Source: a virus (taxonomy: Duplodnaviria; Heunggongvirae; Uroviricota; Caudoviricetes). Taken from it: a stretch of 64,000 nt of DNA. The notes beneath the pieces were generated by a model that was not told the origin of the DNA, did not search any database, and was given only the letters and a program-made list of their open reading frames with translations. Positions 19,401-28,270 of the stretch are shown one piece after another. The number at the start of each line of letters is the position of its first letter. The first letter of the stretch is position 1. A program made the translations under genes and the position numbers. Location of the stretch: IMG/VR virus record IMGVR_UViG_3300021387_000463, positions 235,001-299,000 of that record; one strand, written 5' to 3'.

Positions 19401-20859
19401 GGTAAAGTGAGTTATAGTCAAGCTTCACGATACGGTCAACGTAACCTGTCTTAAGAAGACGTGAAAGACCACCTGTAAATCGTTTATTTGGCGCTGCTGC
19501 TGGAATTGCCAAGTTATTTTCATAACACCATGCAAGCATGATAAGTTTCCAAATACCAGCTGTACCCATTGTACATGTTCTAGCGAAGTTGGTAGGTAAC
19601 ATCTTACCCACAAGAAAGTTAGACTCATTGAGCTTATCTTCCACCTTATCGGTTTCCCAAATATCATCTAGAAGGTATCGCTCAACGATATATCTACCGC
19701 TTACCAAGTTATATTCTGGAAGCAATGGTTTCTTATCTGTTACTCTGTACCAATCGCCATCTTCCTCACAGAGACCATATACTTTTTCCTTTACATTCCA
19801 TGTGTCAGTAATCTTATCACCTGGAACGTAGACTCTGTTTGGTTTCTTAAGGTTAAGATATTTGGTAACGTATTTCAAGTTTGATTTCTTCATGTTTGAG
19901 TCGATTGCTTGCGCTCTACGAGCTGCATGAAGTGAATCAAGAACGTTATGTCCCCACATGATTGTTGGATAGTAGTATTCTACCTCGCCACCAAGCTTAA
20001 GGACTGATGCCTTTTTCTTCTTATATATTGCGTGTTTAAAGTATTCGAGTGATAGTTCTGAAAAGTCTATACCATAATGTTCACAACGGACAATGAAGAA
20101 GTTCCAGTCGAAGTTCTCTGAGTTATGACCTACCACCGTATCTGGTTTCAATTCAGCCAATATCTGAAGGAATTCTCTGATTGCAGCGATTTCGCTTCTA
20201 TCGAGTTCGTCCTTTGTATTACCTTCTACCTCAATTATTTTTTCATATCCTTTATTGGTACGTATACCAATCTGTTCAATTCTATGCCTCTTTGGGTCAA
20301 GACCTTGTGTTTCCAAGTCAAAGATAAAACGATTGAGTTGGTTATAGGCATCATAGCCTTTAAAGAGTCTACGTCCAGTTGCAATCATGTATTGCTCGAT
20401 TGGAGTAATACCCATAAATTCTCTATTTCCGCTTGTGTTTACCTCGTCTTTCTTTTGTTTTGGATGGATGGGGACTCCAGCCTTAGAAAAAAAGCTTTGG
20501 AACACTTGGTTACTCATTTTTCTAGTTGCGTAGAAGAGGTATTTGTAACCGCTTTCCAATCTTTCGTGTTCTTTTCCGCTATCATCTGAGGTGATTAGCT
20601 TTTTGACTTTAATGCCGTACATGTTCAGATACCTTCTGAGTTGCGCTCTATCGCCTCCGAACAGTCTTATAGCGGCACTGTGTTTTACCCAAATGAATGG
20701 TTTGAAATCATCTTGTCTAATTCTTTTGATTCCATTTGGGTCAACATAGATGATGTTAACTTTATCTTCATCCCAAGCACACTCAATGGATATAATTCGT
20801 TCCATTGGGTCGTGTCCGTTAAGAAAGGTGTTAACAACCTCAGTTGTAATTTCCTTCAT
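16462..20859 (-). CDS. polB: family B DNA polymerase containing an intein
   Basis: Exo motifs FDLET, GHNSENFDW and YLLDD; pol motifs KLDYNSLYPS, KILANSFFG, GD|TDG and KNYA. Start taken as MKEITTE. Confidence 0.95.
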   Translation of the reverse strand: MKEITTEVVNTFLNGHDPMERIISIECAWDEDKVNIIYVDPNGIKRIRQDDFKPFIWVKHSAAIRLFGGDRAQLRRYLNMYGIKVKKLITSDDSGKEHERLESGYKYLFYATRKMSNQVFQSFFSKAGVPIHPKQKKDEVNTSGNREFMGITPIEQYMIATGRRLFKGYDAYNQLNRFIFDLETQGLDPKRHRIEQIGIRTNKGYEKIIEVEGNTKDELDRSEIAAIREFLQILAELKPDTVVGHNSENFDWNFFIVRCEHYGIDFSELSLEYFKHAIYKKKKASVLKLGGEVEYYYPTIMWGHNVLDSLHAARRAQAIDSNMKKSNLKYVTKYLNLKKPNRVYVPGDKITDTWNVKEKVYGLCEEDGDWYRVTDKKPLLPEYNLVSGRYIVERYLLDDIWETDKVEDKLNESNFLVGKMLPTNFARTCTMGTAGIWKLIMLAWCYENNLAIPAAAPNKRFTGGLSRLLKTGYVDRIVKLDYNSLYPSVILTWHVSTPIDVMNVMLSFLEYILTQREKYKGLKAEAGDKVDLLNDKLKIAEGNEKAEIEEQITFWKAEKSGNDKKQLPLKILANSFFGGYGSPNVFPFGDILAAEKTTCISRMALRLMISHFRSIGYEPIVGDSVTYDTPILIKGKDNRIDIIPICDIFNANEAVEFEQGQYRDFSKKDYEVLTRNGWKPIEYVYKHKTNKQLKRVETKNGVIDCTEDHSLFDNNGNEVKPSTLTRGDKIEIYTKDINYFASSTVTDREAWLFGFFMADGSSVYCDRTQKYYSKRKGEWVTHKGKRANWKISNKSLNRLNKAKEIMENSFLLKASIKDHRTSSNVYNLVVENAENAKFFSNNFYTSYRYKKVPEFILNAKKEVKKAFLDGFCCGDGQNDTINECIEFGQKSKVAMAGLYFLMKELDYNFRCHNRNDKQEFISFRLRNHRGSLLNENYSKRKEDEVWSCSNITSKSEYVYDISANGTFVNALGMIVCHNTDGFNFQMPREEDFRYTKEHPYISNGAGRNSIKGKEYTRVDADVAEFEDIYLSKAYNGGINKMGLGIDEYCDACIQFARKNYADLMPDGKTKKVGNTIKSRKMSGYLEKFIDEGVDLLLRNNGYKFLSNYYDYIGKIYNYQIPIRDIASKGNIKKTLADYEADTKTLTKAGSKKSRQAWYELALKEGLTPNVGDTVYYINTGQKKGHSDVKRVTHYYNYVDGEKTEITKMLEKEYKAYTKELPKGTKDKKNRLEFGREKFGAKVFDEDEIILNCKLVPKEILDTEDDVLCSDYEGLEYNVEKYIDQFNNRIRPLLVCFHPDIRDKILVTNPKDKKYFTEEESKLVSGYPNKEGDQDTYEALMTPEKKEIEYWLKINEVPPFVKECGIDWDALVEKYKKEKEEENNALFQEENQKYLNALEEITNDDVEEFEDEGKLPQVLETLVTLNSADMRLYFKKIPNRTPSTGGYVFDDIQYNYAETVDALADF
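17926..18990 (-). mobile_element. intein with LAGLIDADG homing endonuclease (355 aa) in PolB motif C
   Basis: IVGD|SVTYDTPILI ... CTEDHSLF (block B) ... WLFGFFMADGS / AFLDGFCCGDG ... YVYDIS...IVCHN|TDG. Confidence 0.95.
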
Positions 20860-20934
20860 AATTTGAATTGTTTTGCTTTTGTTATTTTCTGTGAACCTTA
20901 AGACATACCAAGATGTCATCAGTTCTTAGGTTTT

Positions 20935-20967
20935 TGCAAAGATATGTTAAAAATATTAAAAAAACAA
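20935..20967 (-). promoter_or_regulatory. early/middle promoter of the DNA polymerase gene
   Basis: Reverse complement ttgttttttt...catatctttgca. Confidence 0.75.
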
Positions 20968-21032
20968 GTAAATACTTAAAAATGTTTTAAAACCGATATG
21001 ATATTTATCAGTAATAAATAGTTTTAGTAGGC

Positions 21033-22550
21033 ATGATTTTAACTATAAATCAGATAATAAAAAGATTCAGAACCGAGGGACAGTGTTACAAGTTCAAACC
21101 CCAGACAATTATGTATATGGCAAGCAAGCTTGGGTATACAAAGAAGCAGTTTGGTGGTAAGATAGGTTATGACCAAAGTCTGATTACGGCCATTACAAGG
21201 CATTTTAACGAGGCAGTGAAGTACGATGAAGGTTTAGGTATGAAAGTGCCTCAGAAGCCTTTAAAACAGCCAAATATGGATGATTACTATACATATAATG
21301 GTGAGAGAGACAATATAGATTACGATTGGGAGAAAAACGAGAATAGAATGAGAAGAAATTATTTAATTGAAGGCCCACAAGCAATAAACAACATAAAATT
21401 AGCGATTGAACTAATAGAGGAACAATGGTCATCGTCTGATGATTATTGGTATATTTCTATCCGTCAAAGAGAAAAAGATAACAAAGGTGTCGTTAATCCT
21501 AATGGTAATTCAATTTTTTCTAATGAAAGATGGATTGATGGAGATGAAGACAAAAACAAGATAGGGTATGCAATTGTTAGAGGGAATTCAATAGAAGAAG
21601 CAATTAGTTCATTGCTTAATCCAACAGTTATCATATTTGATTCTTGGTTAGATTTTGTTGAAGGTGAAAAACGCATATCAAGTAATGATGGTAACATGAG
21701 TAGTATCATTAAAATTTGTAGAGCGTTTAATGCTAGGGCATATTTTTCATCTTACAAATGGTCTTATAAGAAGAATTACGGTTTAATTCCTAATGACCAA
21801 TTAACGCCTAAAGTTATTAAAGCTTTAAGGGGAAAAGATGATGACAGCTCTTATGAAAGGGCTTTAGATTTTGTTTCTACTCGTAAAAGGACTAAAGAAA
21901 ATTTACCATTATGGTTTGTCGATTGTGATGATGAAGGTGATGATATAAATAAAAAAGTTTATGATTACATAACTAATTTCAGTGGTATTGAGCCAAGATT
22001 TTATAGGACTCATAATGGTGTACATTATTTGGTTAATATGAGTAATTTCATAAACAAAAAGGGGGCAATGTCAGAAATGACAAGTGAATTGAACCAATTT
22101 TTTTATAATTTATATAACAATCAAATTAAGAAAAACAAAACAGGACAAGACAATCCGATAGAGTTAGAAAAAGGTAATAGTATTATCCTATTTTCTGAAG
22201 TGGGGCTTCATGATGGTGATATTGCTAATCGCAATTGGCAACCACAGATTACTAATTCTATCAAAAAACCAAAAGTTTCTAAGACAAAAACTCCTAAAAA
22301 GGTGGTTAAAACCAATGGCATTCCTAAACCAATGTTTGTTTTAAAGTTTACTAGTGGTAACGTTTTCAAATGTGATGCATCATCGAAAGAATCTGTTTTT
22401 ACTGCGTTGAAGGAGCGATTTCCTAAGTGGTCTGATGATACCATTATGATGCACTTAAATAACAAAAACAATTATGTAATGGAAAGTAGAAACATAAAGA
22501 CTATACTTATTGAAGTAATAAATGAATTTTTAAAAAAAGAAATATTATGA
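21033..22550 (+). CDS. multidomain protein with AEP/primase-like DxD...H core
   Basis: ISIRQREKDN...ICRAFNARAYF...WFVDCDD...RTHNGVHYL; domain boundary at NYLIE; C-terminal IKTILIEVINEFL. Confidence 0.5.
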   Translation: MILTINQIIKRFRTEGQCYKFKPQTIMYMASKLGYTKKQFGGKIGYDQSLITAITRHFNEAVKYDEGLGMKVPQKPLKQPNMDDYYTYNGERDNIDYDWEKNENRMRRNYLIEGPQAINNIKLAIELIEEQWSSSDDYWYISIRQREKDNKGVVNPNGNSIFSNERWIDGDEDKNKIGYAIVRGNSIEEAISSLLNPTVIIFDSWLDFVEGEKRISSNDGNMSSIIKICRAFNARAYFSSYKWSYKKNYGLIPNDQLTPKVIKALRGKDDDSSYERALDFVSTRKRTKENLPLWFVDCDDEGDDINKKVYDYITNFSGIEPRFYRTHNGVHYLVNMSNFINKKGAMSEMTSELNQFFYNLYNNQIKKNKTGQDNPIELEKGNSIILFSEVGLHDGDIANRNWQPQITNSIKKPKVSKTKTPKKVVKTNGIPKPMFVLKFTSGNVFKCDASSKESVFTALKERFPKWSDDTIMMHLNNKNNYVMESRNIKTILIEVINEFLKKEIL

Positions 22551-23347
22551 TATTATACACAAATAAAAATAAAAAATTTTATCTAACAGAAAATCAGCTT
22601 AATATGTTAGCAGAAAATTTTGATGATGAAGCATTTAAAAGGACTGCCCCAGTATATTATAGTGGTGATGATAAAATATCTATAGTTAAAGACCCATATG
22701 ATTCTTTAGATAAAAGCAAGCAGCATGGTAATTTAAGAAACTTTGCTATTAAGAGAAATGGTAGAGTATATTGGGTTGCTCGTTCAATGGCAGTACAATG
22801 TTGTGTTTTTTGTAAGAATAGTAATGGCGAATGGTGTTTGTTAGCAAGTCAAAGAGGTGGAACTGGAGATAGAAGCGGACAATGGAATATTGTTGGTGGC
22901 TTCTTAGATTATGGTGAAGACCTTGAAATGGCAGTTGTTAGAGAGTGCTACGAAGAAACAGGTGTTAGAATACCTAAAGAAACAATCAAATACCTTGGTC
23001 ATCATGCTCCAGTTGGTGATGGACCAGTTGACATATTCTTTAAAGCTGTTTTAAATGGTAATACTGACATGTATGATGCCCCAACGTTAGAGCATTGTGA
23101 GGGGTATGGCACACCAAAGCAAGAATCAACAAATGTTGGTTGGATTCCAATTAGTCAATTAGGCAATTATGATTTCGTATCTAGACAAAGGAAATATATA
23201 CAGCAAATGGTTGGTGAATTATCGGCTAGTAATTCAGGAAATCAACTTTACGCTAATTTTGTAAATTCTTTGGGGGAATTGTTGAAAAATGGAATGATAA
23301 ATAACATTATTTATAATAAGGTTATTAAAACAGTTAAGATGGGTTAA
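22547..23347 (+). CDS. Nudix hydrolase
   Basis: Nudix box GGFLDYGEDLEMAVVRECYEETGV; N-terminal KKFYLTENQLNMLAE leader. Confidence 0.92.
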   Translation: MILYTNKNKKFYLTENQLNMLAENFDDEAFKRTAPVYYSGDDKISIVKDPYDSLDKSKQHGNLRNFAIKRNGRVYWVARSMAVQCCVFCKNSNGEWCLLASQRGGTGDRSGQWNIVGGFLDYGEDLEMAVVRECYEETGVRIPKETIKYLGHHAPVGDGPVDIFFKAVLNGNTDMYDAPTLEHCEGYGTPKQESTNVGWIPISQLGNYDFVSRQRKYIQQMVGELSASNSGNQLYANFVNSLGELLKNGMINNIIYNKVIKTVKMG

Positions 23348-23415
23348 AAAATTTGGATATTTAGAGTTTTTTTCGTACATTTACAGTAAATTAATAACTA
23401 AATAAATTTTTAAAT

Positions 23416-23688
23416 ATGAAGAAGATACATATTAACGAGAATCAAGAAGCTATTGTAAATGAAGATGCTAAAATAGTAAATCTTTATGATACTAACTTAG
23501 GTGATTTTTATGATGAAGAAGAGGAGGAGTATATAACAAAAGTATCAGAAAAGTTAGATGAATTAATAAGAGGACTTTTTGATTTGAAGGAATATATTGA
23601 TAATACACCAGAATATGTTTCATCAGAAAGAGGTGAACGAGAAATACAGAGAATAAAAGATACAATAGAGACTTTAACAAATGGATAA
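23416..23688 (+). CDS. small acidic protein (MKKIHINENQEAIVNE leader)
   Basis: 90-aa ORF. Confidence 0.7.
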   Translation: MKKIHINENQEAIVNEDAKIVNLYDTNLGDFYDEEEEEYITKVSEKLDELIRGLFDLKEYIDNTPEYVSSERGEREIQRIKDTIETLTNG

Positions 23689-25387
23689 TAGACAAAATAT
23701 TAATGAATCATTCACTGATACCTTATTCCATTTTACTACATTTAGTGGAGCTTTTTATATAGTTAAATATGACAGATTCTTTTTAACTAACATTATAGAT
23801 GCTGCTAGAGAAAAGCAATTTAACAAAGACAGATTATATTATATGTCTTTTGCTAGGCATTTTAATTCTACTATGGGTTATGTTGGTACTAGAAACGATG
23901 GTACTAAATTTGGCTCTACATACCTTAATGTTAGAATAGAAGTTGATGGTAGAATATTGTCATATAACCATAAAGCTGTTAATGTTAATAATGTTGGTAA
24001 AGCGGCAGATGTGATAACAAATAGGCAGCAAGAAGAAAGGTTAATAAGTGATGAACCAGAAGTTGGAGATGCGCATAAATTCATAAGAGGTATATACATC
24101 TACAACCCAAAGGTTGGTAATGCCAATAAACTCACAAAAACAATAGTGAATTTACATAGACAAATACTTTACATGATGTTAAAACCTGGTTATGAAAGAA
24201 AAGTGTATGTTTTCACTGATGAAGAATCTTTCAACAACATTCCAAAAGCTATTAGTAATGGTTCATATGTTGACCCTAATGTAATAAAGGAAATAGCACA
24301 ATCTCCAGTTGAAGAAGTGGATGGAAGCCAAATTGAACTTGATAGTAATCAAATAATAACTTCTGCAAGAATATATGCTCTTCTTCAACTTTTAGAAAGA
24401 AGTTCTGTAGATGATTTATTTGTTAGCAATGATGAAAGATGGAACAAAGTATTACCACGCATCAAAGAAGAAGGTTTAAAAATAATAAATAGTTCATATT
24501 CAGACCCTATGAGAGCAAATACTTATCTTTTTGGCTCTCTTCTAGGCAATAATTTGAAAAACAATTTTGGTGGGGATTATAAACAGTTTTATCGTTTTAT
24601 AATTGCGCCTATCTACAAATATATGAATTCTAGGGGAATTGAAGAGTTTAATATATTACAAAAATGGAAACATAAATTATTTGCTGATGCAATTGGCGTA
24701 AGGTATAAGCCAGAGGTTAATATGAATGAAATACCTTATGGATTAGATAACACCAATCATATAGCTAGGAAAATGGCTGTTGGCGAGAATTCTACTTATA
24801 AGATACTATTAAAATCAATTATCCAAGAAGCGATTGATAATGTTCTAGGCGATAAAAAAAAAATTAAACTATCAATCTTCGATTTCGATGGAACTTTAGT
24901 TGATACCACAGCAATTGACAATTATAGAGAAAAAGCTAAAAGTATTAAGGATAAGAATGTTAGACTAGAGTTTTATAGACAATTTTTTAGTCAAACACGT
25001 CCATATTCTGGAATTGTTAATGTCCTAAATCAACTAAATAACATGGGTGTTTTTATTGCTGTAGTTTCATTAAGTCCTATGAACATGGTAAAAGAATTGT
25101 GCCAATATCATAATTTGCCAATTCAAGCAGCTATATCAGTTCCAGGACGTAGCACACCTCTAAATGTGATTAAAGGAAACCAAACTGGTTATCCGAAATC
25201 AGCAATTTATAAGCAGCTCATGACTAAATTAGGTATTGAACCAGATTGTGTATTAGCAATTGGTGATGAAGTCACAGATGCTCAAGAAGCTCGAAAGGCA
25301 AATATTAACTTCTTGGGATGTAATTGGGGTGGTAGAAATGAAGTCAATGACATTTCAAATCCAAATGAAATTTTAAATTATGTGTAA
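23681..25387 (+). CDS. fusion of an ART-like N-terminal domain and a HAD-family phosphatase
   Basis: C-terminal FDFDGTLVDT...VVS...PK...IGDEVTDAQEA (HAD motifs I-IV); N-terminal LFHFT...SFAR...QQEER resembles an ART core. Confidence 0.75.
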   Translation: MDNRQNINESFTDTLFHFTTFSGAFYIVKYDRFFLTNIIDAAREKQFNKDRLYYMSFARHFNSTMGYVGTRNDGTKFGSTYLNVRIEVDGRILSYNHKAVNVNNVGKAADVITNRQQEERLISDEPEVGDAHKFIRGIYIYNPKVGNANKLTKTIVNLHRQILYMMLKPGYERKVYVFTDEESFNNIPKAISNGSYVDPNVIKEIAQSPVEEVDGSQIELDSNQIITSARIYALLQLLERSSVDDLFVSNDERWNKVLPRIKEEGLKIINSSYSDPMRANTYLFGSLLGNNLKNNFGGDYKQFYRFIIAPIYKYMNSRGIEEFNILQKWKHKLFADAIGVRYKPEVNMNEIPYGLDNTNHIARKMAVGENSTYKILLKSIIQEAIDNVLGDKKKIKLSIFDFDGTLVDTTAIDNYREKAKSIKDKNVRLEFYRQFFSQTRPYSGIVNVLNQLNNMGVFIAVVSLSPMNMVKELCQYHNLPIQAAISVPGRSTPLNVIKGNQTGYPKSAIYKQLMTKLGIEPDCVLAIGDEVTDAQEARKANINFLGCNWGGRNEVNDISNPNEILNYV

Positions 25388-25401
25388 AAATAAAAAAGGA
25401 G

Positions 25402-25848
25402 TCAGCTTGACTCCTTTTTTTTGTAAATTCTATTGTCATCATATTCATATATTTGTTCAGAATTTAGTTTTTTGTCGAATTTGGCAATTTCTTTCAAGTT
25501 AGTCGAAACTATAATTAATTGTTTCTTTATGTATTTTCTTGCTTGGTCTGTTGCAGTAATCATTCCTTTGTGATACCCATCCATAAACACCACTGCATAA
25601 TCGCAATCAGTTAAAATCCTCTTTCTTTCTTCTTTTATGGTTTTGCCTTTTCTTGGATTTAACCAATCAATCATTTGCATTTCATTCTCTCTTATGTATT
25701 TTGCACAAGTATTATCCCCACTACTTCCTACAGTACAATAAAAACATAAATCATCTTTAGGAATATTCGAGAATATTTTGTCATAAATTCTCTTTAATAA
25801 TTCATAATTCGAAAAACTATCATATGCTGTTACAAAAACATTTTTCAT
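25402..25848 (-). CDS. divergent SLOG-like protein
   Basis: VFVT..DSFSNYELLK...SGD..CAKY...DYAVVFMDGYHKG parallels the 11063 ORF. Confidence 0.55.
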   Translation of the reverse strand: MKNVFVTAYDSFSNYELLKRIYDKIFSNIPKDDLCFYCTVGSSGDNTCAKYIRENEMQMIDWLNPRKGKTIKEERKRILTDCDYAVVFMDGYHKGMITATDQARKYIKKQLIIVSTNLKEIAKFDKKLNSEQIYEYDDNRIYKKKESS

Positions 25849-25901
25849 ATTTAAAAACAATTTTTGCAAAGATATGAAAAATTCTGGAGAAAACCAAATT
25901 T

Positions 25902-26123
25902 TTATCTAGGTATTTTTGATTTTATGTACTTTTTAAACTCTTTAACTTCTTCTTCAGTAGCTTCCCTTAGAGTTTCATACTTAGGTGTCATACCAATACG
26001 CAAGCCCATTTCATAAGCATACTTGAAAGCTTGTCTTGTAGTCTTTGCGTAAACAGTTTTGAGGATGGTTTTACCGTCCTTATCCTCAAACTCACATTTC
26101 CAATAAAAACTTCTTTTATTCAT
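25902..26123 (-). CDS. hypothetical protein
   Basis: 73 aa, own promoter at ~26139-26168. Confidence 0.7.
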   Translation of the reverse strand: MNKRSFYWKCEFEDKDGKTILKTVYAKTTRQAFKYAYEMGLRIGMTPKYETLREATEEEVKEFKKYIKSKIPR

Positions 26124-26241
26124 ATTCTATATATTTTTGTGTAAAGATACGAAATTTATTTGTTTTGGCTAAATTTATTAAGGTAATTTAACTATTTATT
26201 GTTTACATTCCTCTAGTAATCGAATTTTTGCAAATGTATGA

Positions 26242-26279
26242 AAAAAAAAAATGAACTGACATTTAGTCAGTTCATTTTT
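26242..26279. terminator. intrinsic terminator
   Basis: aaaatgaactgac-attta-gtcagttcatttt. Confidence 0.8.
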
Positions 26280-26282
26280 AAC

Positions 26283-26867
26283 TTATTTTAACATTATTTT
26301 TAATTTTCTTAAATCTCCAATCGGTTTCAACATATCTTGAAAACCATCTATTTTTTTTCCGATGTATTCCTTACAATAAGACACACGTGTAAGTCTATTC
26401 CTATATCTTTGATTGTCAGCAGACTTTTTATCTCTGCCCTTGCCATCGAATACTGTACCCCTTACATTGGGATTTCTTGATAAAGCCTCACCAAACTTAC
26501 TATGTGCTGTCTTGATGTATAGTCTGTAATCATGCTCATCATCTGATAGTGATTTGACAATACCACCAACAAAGTTAAAGATAGTTGTGCTAAGTCCTAA
26601 CCCTTGATAATCAGGTAGTATCACTATTCTAGATACTGAACAACCATAAGGTATGCCTTTTCTTGGGGTATTTAGAATTCCAACAAAACCGATTGGCACG
26701 CCATTCCATTCAAATAATAGGCACTTGCAAGATTTGTTAAGTTCTGCTGTTAGGTAGTGTTCCTTTGCGAAACCCATGCTTCGCCAGACACTTGGTTCTA
26801 CTCGTCTTACTGTGAGTTGTATAGGTGGTCTTTCACCTTTTGCATGATTAATCTTTACTATTTTCAC
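26283..26867 (-). CDS. GNAT acetyltransferase (ABC-ATPase-associated type)
   Basis: FAKEHYL...SRIVILPDYQGLGL (acetyl-CoA-binding motif A)...KTAH. Confidence 0.85.
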   Translation of the reverse strand: MKIVKINHAKGERPPIQLTVRRVEPSVWRSMGFAKEHYLTAELNKSCKCLLFEWNGVPIGFVGILNTPRKGIPYGCSVSRIVILPDYQGLGLSTTIFNFVGGIVKSLSDDEHDYRLYIKTAHSKFGEALSRNPNVRGTVFDGKGRDKKSADNQRYRNRLTRVSYCKEYIGKKIDGFQDMLKPIGDLRKLKIMLK

Positions 26868-27267
26868 GCTTTTTCCGTTTTGCTTTTATCTTATTTTCCA
26901 CTTCTTCCATTATCTTTTCTTGTCTTTCTTTCATACCATCATAACATTCTCTACACATTGGATATATCCAGTGATGTTCCACGATTTGCTTATTGATGTG
27001 TCTTCCACATATTTCGCAAACATGATAAGATTCAGCTTCGGCATCCTCAATCATCTTTCTCAATTCATCAGTCTTTTTGCTGACATAGAAAGACAATGTA
27101 CCAAACTTTTCCTTAATCTGGTATATCTCAATCTTATCATCATCTTCTTTGCCCTTATTATAATCTTCGATATAATCTATGATGGGTTGGTATATTCCTT
27201 TCCAGCCTTCACCACATTCTATGCCGAATAATTCATAAGGTTCTTTTGGTTCATTATCGTTTTTCAT
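26848..27267 (-). CDS. phage protein (GEGW...QIKEKFGTLSFY...CEICG)
   Basis: Common phage family motif with CxxC...CxxC zinc ribbon. Confidence 0.75.
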   Translation of the reverse strand: MKNDNEPKEPYELFGIECGEGWKGIYQPIIDYIEDYNKGKEDDDKIEIYQIKEKFGTLSFYVSKKTDELRKMIEDAEAESYHVCEICGRHINKQIVEHHWIYPMCRECYDGMKERQEKIMEEVENKIKAKRKKRENSKD

Positions 27268-27476
27268 ATATTCAATCTGTCTCTTGGTACTAGTGTTGTT
27301 TCGGCTATTGCTCGATTAAGCATTTCTATCATTTGTAGGTATCTTTCATTACCATTGTACTCGTATAGTCTTTCAAAATAATCGATTATAAATGGTCTAG
27401 GTTGTTGTTCATTTTCCCTACTTTTCTTAACCATTTCCTCAATATCTTGCATATTTGGTATCGTTTCTAATCTCAT
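27264..27476 (-). CDS. hypothetical protein
   Basis: 70 aa, ATGA-coupled. Confidence 0.6.
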   Translation of the reverse strand: MRLETIPNMQDIEEMVKKSRENEQQPRPFIIDYFERLYEYNGNERYLQMIEMLNRAIAETTLVPRDRLNI

Positions 27477-28183
27477 GGTACATCTACAGCTTCAGTTAAT
27501 ACATCTATATCTCTTGGTGATTGGTACACATTATAATCCTTTATATCCTCGTATACCATTTTCTCCATTTCAACTTCTCCGTTTTCATCCTTATGTTCCA
27601 AGTTGAACATATAATCTGGTTGTAGCCACTCCACAATGTCAAAATGACAGCTTGCAATAATAATCTTGAGATTCTTCTGCCTTGCATATCTCTGCAATGC
27701 AAAACTCATACTCTTTGCTGCACTACGGTTTACAACTGATGTGTATTCATCTAAAACCACAACGCCTCCATTTGCGTCATATATTGCCTTTGCAATGTCC
27801 AACCTTGCCCTCTCTCCATTAGACAGCTCTTGAGGCTTTCTAAGCCACGTAGGGACTGATGAAAGACCAATACTAGCTAGTAGGCCACAAGTCTCTTCCT
27901 CAGTTAACCTTGGGAACTGACTAATTACGCACTTCGTATAGTCATACTCTATAGGTTTAACATCACCATATACTTCTCTCAAAATTGTTGATTTACCACT
28001 ACCACTCTTACCACAGATTAAAAGGATATTCCAATTATCCTTATTCATGGTTTCCATGTCTTCTTTTGATGGTATTGGAACTTCAGTTACAGTTTTCTCT
28101 TTGTTTTGAATATCATAATTATCATAGAGAAAATTTGTAAAATTGTCATTTTCGATTTTGCTCTCTAATGTAATCTTTCCCAT
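27473..28183 (-). CDS. ABC-type ATPase
   Basis: Walker A GKSGSGKS, signature LSNGERAR, Walker B VVLDEYTS, H-loop SCH. Confidence 0.9.
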   Translation of the reverse strand: MGKITLESKIENDNFTNFLYDNYDIQNKEKTVTEVPIPSKEDMETMNKDNWNILLICGKSGSGKSTILREVYGDVKPIEYDYTKCVISQFPRLTEEETCGLLASIGLSSVPTWLRKPQELSNGERARLDIAKAIYDANGGVVVLDEYTSVVNRSAAKSMSFALQRYARQKNLKIIIASCHFDIVEWLQPDYMFNLEHKDENGEVEMEKMVYEDIKDYNVYQSPRDIDVLTEAVDVP

Positions 28184-28270
28184 TATCTTTGTTTGTTAGT
28201 TTTTGCAAAGATATGTAAAAAAAGTTAAATTTCCAAATTTTATAGCATAAAAAAAGAGATACGAGCTTTC

